A stretch of DNA of 64,000 nt from a virus (Duplodnaviria; Caudoviricetes), in the IMG/VR virus record IMGVR_UViG_3300028596_000001, one strand, 5' to 3'. The notes under the pieces are model-generated. The model worked only from the letters and a program-made list of their open reading frames with translations, ran no database searches and was not told the DNA's origin. The translations under genes were made by a program, and so were the position numbers. Below, one piece after another: positions 57,230-64,000 of this stretch. Position 1 is the stretch's first letter. Each line of letters begins with the position of its first letter.

Positions 57230-58312
57230 TTACAGACCGAACAGAGCGATCAAGTCGCCGTGTACGGTACGCAGACGGTGGTTCGATACTTCGATCAACT
57301 TCGCAACTTTCACCGCTTGGTTGACGATAACCCGCAGAACAGCAACTTCTTTCTTGAGCTCTGCTTTGTCCTTACCTTCCTTGGCCTTCTTCATCCGGGC
57401 TTCGGTTTGGGTCAGGATGGTTTGCATCTTGCCTTTACGCTGGTTGAACGCTTCACCCAGAGCCTTCATGGCGTCGACGTTGGCCTGAATAGTTTTGCCG
57501 AATGCAACAACCTTCGGTACGGTATCCAGGGACAGCGCCTTTTCCAACAGAGGGATGAAGGTGTTGTCTTTAACCAGGATCTTGTCGATCTCGGCTTCCA
57601 GCTCGATGTTGAGGTGGGCAACTGGGTGGTCGGCGCTAGCAACGGTGTTAGTAGCCGAGTGGTATTTCTCGTTCTTATCGTCATTGACGATCTTCTGGAA
57701 ACCACGTTTAGCAGCAACAGCGTTCTTGATACTTTGCTCGACCTTCTGCCGACCCTTCTTGTTCATCTTGGCGATCTTCGCCAGGGCAGCCTTGATGGCA
57801 GCGCGAGCCTCTTTTGGAGACTTGGCTTCCTTCAGAGCTTTGGCAGTAGCCTCGTCACCGTTCTCGGAAGCGATAGCAGCCATTTTGCCGGCTTGCTTCT
57901 TCGCGTCTTCGTCGGACTGAGTACCATTCTCGGCCGCTTGCGCTTCCTTGTTGTTCTCGTCGACTTCTTTCTTGGTGGTTTCTGCTTCTTCAGCATTGTC
58001 ACGACCAAAGAAGAAGTTCCACACCGACTTGAACATCTTGACGATCCAGTCCCATGCGGCCTGGATACCACCACCGATGGTGCCAAAGATGCTTTCGTTG
58101 CCTTGCAGAGCGTTGAGCGGGATAACACCATTGGCGTACAGCACGCCTTCCAGATAGCGCTGAGAGGCGGTCAGAGAGATGCTCTCACCACCAGCTACCG
58201 CATCCATCTGATCGACCGAGTCGTCCAGGGCATCCAGCATTACGTTTACTTCAGGGACATCGGGTACTTCAAAAGTAGCCGGGTCCGGTTCGTAGCTTTC
58301 GATGTCGATCAT
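57230..58312 (-). CDS. Head/ejection protein, paralog of the C-terminal half of 37814..39310 (360 aa)
   Basis: QGNES site followed by an amphipathic helix and DNAEEAETTKKEVDENNK. Confidence 0.7.
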   Translation of the reverse strand: MIDIESYEPDPATFEVPDVPEVNVMLDALDDSVDQMDAVAGGESISLTASQRYLEGVLYANGVIPLNALQGNESIFGTIGGGIQAAWDWIVKMFKSVWNFFFGRDNAEEAETTKKEVDENNKEAQAAENGTQSDEDAKKQAGKMAAIASENGDEATAKALKEAKSPKEARAAIKAALAKIAKMNKKGRQKVEQSIKNAVAAKRGFQKIVNDDKNEKYHSATNTVASADHPVAHLNIELEAEIDKILVKDNTFIPLLEKALSLDTVPKVVAFGKTIQANVDAMKALGEAFNQRKGKMQTILTQTEARMKKAKEGKDKAELKKEVAVLRVIVNQAVKVAKLIEVSNHRLRTVHGDLIALFGL

Positions 58313-58324
58313 GATGCGCTCTTT

Positions 58325-59107
58325 TTACTTGGCGGCTACGAGGGAGTTGAAGTACTTGGTAACGTTCTGCTTGCCAACGTTCTTCATGTGCTGAATCACG
58401 AAGGCGATGTCGATACGCGACCCCAGGTGATGACGGCTGTTCCAGTTGGTGGCGACCTTGGTCAGGAAGGTAATGTACGCTTCGTAACGGTTGATCGAAT
58501 CCTGTGGGTACTTACCGGCCAGGCCACGGATGAAGCGCAGGGCATCACCGGAACGGAACAGCTCTTTGTTCTCGATGATTGCACGCACCAGGGCGTCAGT
58601 AACCAGCTTGAACTCGTCGTAGTCCAGAGAGGTGGAGTTACCGACGGTTTCCATGAAGGTAACCTGTTCTTCGTGTTGAGCCTTGGTGTCAGCGAAGCCC
58701 AGTTCACCGCGCAGGTGTTTCAGGTGCTTGGCCAGGCGAGCCATCATGATGTTGGTAACAGCGGTACCGTTAGCGTTGGTCATGTCGGCGGAAGCAACAC
58801 GAGCGGCTGGGGTTTCCAGGTTGGCTTCATCGTTAGGCGCGTCAGCCTTGACGATAGGACCGGCCGGAGGAATCGCAGGAGCGGCTGGAGCAGCTTGTTC
58901 CTGTTGTTCAGGCTTGTCTTCCTGGCCGTCGACCTTTTCGACCACAGGAGCGATGTACTCGCCTGCTTGGTCTTGTTGTGCGAGACCGGCTTCGACAGCC
59001 GAAGCATCTTCGGCTTTAACGATGATCTCGCCTTCTTTGACTGCGAGTTGTGCCATACCGCCAGCAGGACGGGTGGTCTTGCCAGTTACTTCTTTTTCAG
59101 TTGCCAT
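58325..59107 (-). CDS. Hypothetical protein with Pro/Ala-rich linker and helical C-domain (260 aa)
   Basis: High codon bias; GAGG RBS; own palindrome-rich leader. Confidence 0.65.
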   Translation of the reverse strand: MATEKEVTGKTTRPAGGMAQLAVKEGEIIVKAEDASAVEAGLAQQDQAGEYIAPVVEKVDGQEDKPEQQEQAAPAAPAIPPAGPIVKADAPNDEANLETPAARVASADMTNANGTAVTNIMMARLAKHLKHLRGELGFADTKAQHEEQVTFMETVGNSTSLDYDEFKLVTDALVRAIIENKELFRSGDALRFIRGLAGKYPQDSINRYEAYITFLTKVATNWNSRHHLGSRIDIAFVIQHMKNVGKQNVTKYFNSLVAAK

Positions 59108-59162
59108 GAGAAAAGCCTCGACTATTTCGAAATAGTGAATAAAACCTGATGCTGATCAGCAT

Positions 59163-59200
59163 AAAATACCCCCTACCCTTAACGGGGTAGGGGGTATTTT
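59163..59200 (-). terminator. Terminator hairpin
   Basis: 16-bp stem AAAATACCCCCTACCC / GGGTAGGGGGTATTTT, loop TTAACG. Confidence 0.8.
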
Positions 59201-59207
59201 ACTATGC

Positions 59208-59642
59208 CTACACTTTAATCTGTTTTGGATCGATGCCAGCTTTATTCAAGAGATCCAGTTGATCCTTGGGTAATCCTTGTTGTCTAGCTTGCTGTTCCCG
59301 TTTGGCTGCCTCTGCTTTCTCTCGTTTATTAAGTCCTGAACTAACCGCTTCCAAGAATTCGTCCACGACAACGGCAGGGAGAGTCAAGAAATCCTTGGGA
59401 TCCATGAGCTCCTTCAGTTTGTGGTATCCGTAGTGCTCGCCAATTTGCTCAAGCGACCACGGATGGAAGAAGTCATTCTCAGCAGAGAAGTACCCAATAG
59501 ACGAGAAGGGAGTTCGAGTCTTCTGGTTGTAGTACTCAAGGTTAAGATCAACCATCATCTTCTCATTGAGTGCTAAAGCCTCGGGAAGCATGTGTTTCGT
59601 TGAGCGTCCCAACAACTGCTTGGTAACGCCCTCATGCACCAC
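59208..59642 (-). CDS. T4 gp51-like / tail-chaperone 'T'-like ORF; probably also or mainly expressed by -1 frameshift from the upstream gene
   Basis: YHKLKELMDPKDFLTLPAVVVDEFL resembles gp51/T-type segments. The GTG start has no well-spaced SD, and the frame is open upstream through the slippery site. Confidence 0.55.
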   Translation of the reverse strand: MVHEGVTKQLLGRSTKHMLPEALALNEKMMVDLNLEYYNQKTRTPFSSIGYFSAENDFFHPWSLEQIGEHYGYHKLKELMDPKDFLTLPAVVVDEFLEAVSSGLNKREKAEAAKREQQARQQGLPKDQLDLLNKAGIDPKQIKV

Positions 59643-59677
59643 GCTAAACTCGATCTTCCCTCCCGGACGGACGCGCG

Positions 59678-61423
59678 CTATTCGGAGAGGGCTTTTGCCT
59701 TTGCTTCCAGACTTTCGGTTGCGGCGTTCATCATGAGCAACTGGATATGGGTAAAAAAACTCATGATCGGGTCGATCGGAGTGTACCCCAACTTACGTTC
59801 TTTCAGACCTTCCGGATCTTCGAGCTCCGCCTGGTTCTTCTTGCACTTCGGACAGTCGAAGTTCTGAAGGGCGACGAAAGACTTCGACAAGAACGGAGTC
59901 TTGTTGATGATGTCTTTGGTCAGTACCAGGTTCAGATACTTGGACTCCTTGATGACCTCCAAGAGACCTTCGTTGAAGTCGTTCTGGTCACGAGCACGAT
60001 CGCGATCCAGGACAATGTCCTTTTCCTCGCTGTTCGGCGGAGCGATACCAACGAAGAGGTTCACCCAGTGGATGTACTCAGTGGCCCCCAGGTCGGTGTA
60101 GAGCATGTTGCGCTGGGTTTCGTACTCTTCTGGATCGATGATCTTGGTACGCAGGTCTGCCAGCATCGGCGAGATACGACCGGAGAAGTAGTCGAAGGTC
60201 ATGAAAGCGTCTGCCAGCGAAGGCGAGGCCAGTTCCATGTAGATCGACTTGTCTTCGTTGTACACCTTGGCAGTGTCCAGACCGAAGTTGGCCTTCTTGA
60301 TCAGCGCCAGCGTTTCATCCGCGGTGTAGGTCACCTTGTGGTTGAACAGGTTGGCGTAGATCGCAGACTCTTCATCAGTGTCGTGCCAGTCGCGGTGGTG
60401 AACGATCTTTTCCGGATCGACCAGCTGGAAGTCTTTCCAACCACAGCCAGGCGCAGCACAGATCAACTGCATGTGCACACCCTTGTTGGTGTACGCGCGC
60501 AGCAATGAGGTGGTCAGTACGTCGATATCCGTCCAGCGGATAATACGAGCCAGCTGGGAGAAGTCACCGATGTCGCTGATGCTCGAGTAAGTGATACGCG
60601 AAACGATGAAGTTCCAGATCACTCGGGCGGCGGCAACACGAGCCAGGATCACACTGTTGTTGTTGACTTGGCGGACGTAGCCCTTGATCGCCGTCTTGAT
60701 GTCGTTGATCAGGTTACCCATTTCCATCTTCGACGGACGGGTGATGATCAGCTTGGTGAACGAGTTGCGCAGTTCGATATCGAACATCAGCTTCCCGTCT
60801 TCAGCATTGATCGACCGGCGGCGCATGATCTCGGAGTCTTTCAGGTTCTTGGTGTTGAGGCCTGGTTTACGACCGTTGATGTCGGAGGTAACCAAACCAC
60901 CGCGGTCACAGACGTTGGAGATGCCTTGCTCACGAATAGCGTTGGAACGCATCTTCACTTCGTCGAGGAACTCGGTGTAGAAGGAGATCATGCGCGAGGC
61001 CATCTCTTCTGCATCGTCTACCGTCAGGTCTGGGTAGTTCTTCTCGACAAAAGCTTCCCAATCGAGTTCTTGCTTCTTCGCTGCAGCAGAAAACTGCATC
61101 GGATCGGCGTCGGCCATACGGCGCATGGTCATCAACTGGATAAACGGCTGCATCAGCTTGGCCGAGTTATCACGCGATGCTTTGCTGTTGCCCAGGAACA
61201 CCGTGATATAACCTTGGGCGATCTCGTCTTCAGTGAGTTCGCGAACAAGACACGTCTGAGGAATCAGACGCTTCTTCATGGTGGTGTTTTCGGCGGTGTG
61301 CACTTCGTTGAAAGTCGCCGGAGTCACCTGGGGTTTCTGTTCTGCTGGAGCCGCGGCTGGAGCTGGCGCAGCAGCTGCTTCTTCTGCTGGTCGTTGACCG
61401 TTAATCTCTTCTGACATCATCAA
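59678..61423 (-). CDS. T4 gp26-like baseplate-hub/tail assembly chaperone with Zn-binding Cys pairs (581 aa)
   Basis: D..VL..SLLRAY...QLICAAPGC and CPKC pattern, as in gp26-like chaperones; low-complexity N-terminus. Confidence 0.5.
   Translation of the reverse strand: MMMSEEINGQRPAEEAAAAPAPAAAPAEQKPQVTPATFNEVHTAENTTMKKRLIPQTCLVRELTEDEIAQGYITVFLGNSKASRDNSAKLMQPFIQLMTMRRMADADPMQFSAAAKKQELDWEAFVEKNYPDLTVDDAEEMASRMISFYTEFLDEVKMRSNAIREQGISNVCDRGGLVTSDINGRKPGLNTKNLKDSEIMRRRSINAEDGKLMFDIELRNSFTKLIITRPSKMEMGNLINDIKTAIKGYVRQVNNNSVILARVAAARVIWNFIVSRITYSSISDIGDFSQLARIIRWTDIDVLTTSLLRAYTNKGVHMQLICAAPGCGWKDFQLVDPEKIVHHRDWHDTDEESAIYANLFNHKVTYTADETLALIKKANFGLDTAKVYNEDKSIYMELASPSLADAFMTFDYFSGRISPMLADLRTKIIDPEEYETQRNMLYTDLGATEYIHWVNLFVGIAPPNSEEKDIVLDRDRARDQNDFNEGLLEVIKESKYLNLVLTKDIINKTPFLSKSFVALQNFDCPKCKKNQAELEDPEGLKERKLGYTPIDPIMSFFTHIQLLMMNAATESLEAKAKALSE
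59753..59759 (-). other. Candidate -1 programmed ribosomal frameshift site (T TTT TTT)
   Basis: AGT TTT TTT ACC in the 0 frame; the -1 frame is open from here to the stop at 59208. Confidence 0.55.
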
Positions 61424-61428
61424 TACCC

Positions 61429-62214
61429 TTAGTTAATGTCTTTGATGGAGGCGCCTTCGGTGAGCAGCTCTTCCAGATCGCTGGGAGCGTCTTCACCGGC
61501 AGGGATGAATTCTTGTTCGGTTTCGTCAGCCGCATCTTCCGGCGCGTCGATCTGAGTCATGGTGCGATACAGGTGCTGGACCTTGTTCAGACGCTGATCG
61601 TGCATGCGCATGGCGAAGTCCAGATCTTTCTCACCTGGCTCCATGTGCTCACGGGCGTATTCGTTGATCAGCGCACCGTGTTGCTTGAGGGTCTCGTTGT
61701 AGACATCCGGCGCAGTGGTCTTGATCATCTCGACCATGTTGTCCATGTAGTGGACGTAGATATCCGGGAAGTCTTCGAACTTCTGGCCTTCTTCCATGAG
61801 GACACGCATGACCATCATGTCTTCAGCGATCTTGACCAGGGCCTCATCGTAGCCTTCCATGCGCTTGCGATCTTCGACAGTCAGTTCGAACTTGCCTTCG
61901 CTGGCGAGGATGTCAGCAATTTCGACGGCCGAGTGGATCGGGGCGATCAGGTGGATGGCGTCGAGCATGCCGGTAACGATTTCTTTGTTATCCGGGCCTG
62001 CGTCACCACGACCTGGGTTACGAGCCAGTTCACGGTACTTCTCGGCGGTGGCCAGAACACCGTTGGCTGCCACTTCGTCGATCAGTTGCTCCTGAGAAGG
62101 CACGTCGTATTTACGATCGAAGCGTGCTACCGAACCGGCGCCAGGTTTCTTGACACGTTTGGCTTTCTTGCGCTTGTCACGTTTGGCGGCCATGCTTTGA
62201 TTTTTAGTGCCCAT
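61429..62214 (-). CDS. Hypothetical protein with basic N-tail and acidic C-tail (261 aa)
   Basis: AAGGA RBS; KRDKRKKAKRVKKP N-terminus. Confidence 0.65.
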   Translation of the reverse strand: MGTKNQSMAAKRDKRKKAKRVKKPGAGSVARFDRKYDVPSQEQLIDEVAANGVLATAEKYRELARNPGRGDAGPDNKEIVTGMLDAIHLIAPIHSAVEIADILASEGKFELTVEDRKRMEGYDEALVKIAEDMMVMRVLMEEGQKFEDFPDIYVHYMDNMVEMIKTTAPDVYNETLKQHGALINEYAREHMEPGEKDLDFAMRMHDQRLNKVQHLYRTMTQIDAPEDAADETEQEFIPAGEDAPSDLEELLTEGASIKDIN

Positions 62215-62252
62215 GAATGCTATGTTCCTTATCGACCTGTGGTGGAAAAGAT

Positions 62253-63209
62253 ATGCTTATTAATGCAGAAGAAGCTGTTTTGGTAGAAGACGACGAAGAC
62301 CTCGCCGCTTCAATTATCGGTGGTCCGTGGACTCTCTTTAAACAGAGCATCCCTGAACCCCAAGCCAAAATATTGGTCCAGGCGTTTAATTTAATCCTGC
62401 TCGCTGATACCACGGCTGGCAAGGAGGACGAACTGGATCCCGATGCGCTGTTGGGTCACCCTACCTCTATGTTGCCGGTAGACGTTAACAACTTGCTGGT
62501 TGATGATGCTGTAAGCCTCGTAAACAAGAAAGCGCATATCTACGAGATGCTTATCGACAATACAATGTACTTGCTGCGTAATCTCGGTTTCACATTGGAC
62601 GAAGATTACGTAACAGCAGAAATGCTGCCATATCTCTGTAAGATAGGGCACTTCTTCTACGAGATGCAAGGCTACCAAGATTTGATCGGTATTGCTGGTG
62701 CTTTGGAGTCGCCAGATATCCCTACAGTGGATCGCTTCCTGTTGGTGCTGGAACGTTACTTGGGTGAAGATGCTGATATGACCCCTTACGAGATGCTCAT
62801 CTCTGACGTCTCGGAAGTCTGCCTGAAGGCTATCAAAGACAGCCTGGAAGGTGAAGACGTCTCTGTTGGTATCCCAGACTCCCTGATTCAACGTGTGAAG
62901 GCGAATCTCCTGGTTCTCGAAGGTACCCTAGCTTATAACCACATCCGCTCCAATGGACAGCTTGGGGGCTCTCTGGATAGCTTCCTCAACTTCTTCCATA
63001 AAGAGCTGCGCCCACTCCAAGACGAACTGACTGGCGACAACGTACATGCTTACGTCAAGGAACTCATCGGGTTCTATTTGATCAGCGACGTTAACTCCAG
63101 CCAGATCAAAGAACGTTTACTTACCACTACATACGAGTTGACAGACGACCACCTGACAATGGTTAAAGTAGAATCCCTTATTAATCAGTTGGTATTCCCT
63201 AATGAATAA
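62253..63209 (+). CDS. Conserved hypothetical protein upstream of the virion RNAP subunit
   Basis: Start placed at ATG 62253 (GGTGG upstream); overlaps the next gene by ATGAATAA. Confidence 0.65.
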   Translation: MLINAEEAVLVEDDEDLAASIIGGPWTLFKQSIPEPQAKILVQAFNLILLADTTAGKEDELDPDALLGHPTSMLPVDVNNLLVDDAVSLVNKKAHIYEMLIDNTMYLLRNLGFTLDEDYVTAEMLPYLCKIGHFFYEMQGYQDLIGIAGALESPDIPTVDRFLLVLERYLGEDADMTPYEMLISDVSEVCLKAIKDSLEGEDVSVGIPDSLIQRVKANLLVLEGTLAYNHIRSNGQLGGSLDSFLNFFHKELRPLQDELTGDNVHAYVKELIGFYLISDVNSSQIKERLLTTTYELTDDHLTMVKVESLINQLVFPNE

Positions 63210-64000
63210 GTTAGCCTTCCTTAAAGTCTGGCTGGCCAACCAGGGCTACGCAGAGAAAGCCGCAGTTCAATCGGTTATCTCGGTACAGTTCGAAGACGAA
63301 GAGTCGGCTGGCGCTTTCAAGCAGGTTCCTTGGGCAGTATATGTAGAAGAGGGCAAGTACCACGTACTGATCGACGGGGTCCCTAACGTTATCGAAGGGG
63401 ATGTCTCGCGTCCTCTGTTTGTTAACGACGACTACATCGATCTGCCGGGTGACTTCCATCCAGTACTGCGTGGTGCCAAGACCGACACTACCTTCGGGTT
63501 ACTGTTTTTCAACATCGTCTTGTTCTGGGAAGTCTTCGGTGAGAAGGTCCCGTACATTAACCAGGAGTTCACTACCGGTCTGATTCGTGGCTATTTGTCC
63601 GATCTGATGGTAGACAACCCGAAGGAGGGTGAAGAAGTTCCTCCTGGTAAGGCTTCGGTAGACGACTGCATGAAGTTTACCCGCCATTGCAACTTCCTGG
63701 AGGGACTGGGAACCTACTTCGTGCGTCCTGGTGGCAATGAGATGCTCACCATCAGTCCTAAGGTGCTTAAGCGTAAAGAAGAGCTCCTGGCTCAGCTTAA
63801 GGCTGATGGCAAGATGAACGACCCGGTAGCCGTTACCAAGGCTATTGATGAACTGGTGCAGATGGACCGCGAAGAGATCATGAATGGTCCCGGCGCTACC
63901 TTCATCATTAACGATGCGTTCATCAGTAACGCCCGTAAGCGTATGTTCATTGCCTTCGGTATCGAGCCTAAGGGTGATGGCTGGGTATTCCTGCACATGT
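63202..64000 (+). CDS. Virion RNA polymerase beta' subunit part (phiKZ gp80-like), N-terminal portion; runs off the right edge, missing from the ORF track
   Basis: Manual translation MNKLAFLKVWLANQGY...FIINDAFISNARKRMFIAFG, open to the window end; family recognised from memory and from its position near the DNAP subunit. Confidence 0.7.
   Translation, partial: MNKLAFLKVWLANQGYAEKAAVQSVISVQFEDEESAGAFKQVPWAVYVEEGKYHVLIDGVPNVIEGDVSRPLFVNDDYIDLPGDFHPVLRGAKTDTTFGLLFFNIVLFWEVFGEKVPYINQEFTTGLIRGYLSDLMVDNPKEGEEVPPGKASVDDCMKFTRHCNFLEGLGTYFVRPGGNEMLTISPKVLKRKEELLAQLKADGKMNDPVAVTKAIDELVQMDREEIMNGPGATFIINDAFISNARKRMFIAFGIEPKGDGWVFLHM

Noticed and set aside
11455-59210. Dispersed palindromes as a CRISPR array or MITEs
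   Set aside because: They are not regularly spaced, the stems differ internally, and no target duplications or transposase were seen.
1-64000. Stop-codon reassignment
   Set aside because: Genes are full length in code 11, and TAA, TAG and TGA all end genes at sensible boundaries.
1-64000. tRNA or rRNA genes
   Set aside because: No intergenic gap shows a cloverleaf or T-loop motif; coding density leaves little room.

Overview
The whole 64-kb window is a core morphogenesis and replication segment of a phiKZ-like (Chimalliviridae, nucleus-forming type) jumbo myophage, read in standard code 11. From left to right it holds a tandem paralogous tail-fibre/baseplate cluster, overlapping i-/o-spanins, a 2-TMD holin candidate overlapping a RuvC resolvase, baseplate genes and the portal. 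These are followed by a 3-gene accessory islet, a non-virion RNAP beta N-terminal subunit, the major capsid protein and a DnaB helicase. Next come neck/hub genes, a large block of protease-processed inner-body/ejection proteins, a tube-like and a wedge-like baseplate gene, one half of the split B-family DNA polymerase, and the start of a virion RNAP beta' subunit. phiKZ gp numbers are given from remembered family features and gene order, not from a database search. The most notable unannotated signal is a candidate programmed -1 frameshift (T TTT TTT at 59753-59759). It would fuse a 581-aa Zn-motif protein to the downstream 144-aa ORF, giving a G/GT-like tail-chaperone pair. Other notable signals are a virion-block M48-like membrane metalloprotease, a GxE-cleavage-plus-amphipathic-helix signature shared by dispersed head paralogs, a family of CCCTAC/GTAGGG intergenic hairpins with a conserved flank, and a palindrome that provides the Shine-Dalgarno for two divergent genes. 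No tRNA, rRNA, CRISPR array, IS element, intron or intein was recognised.
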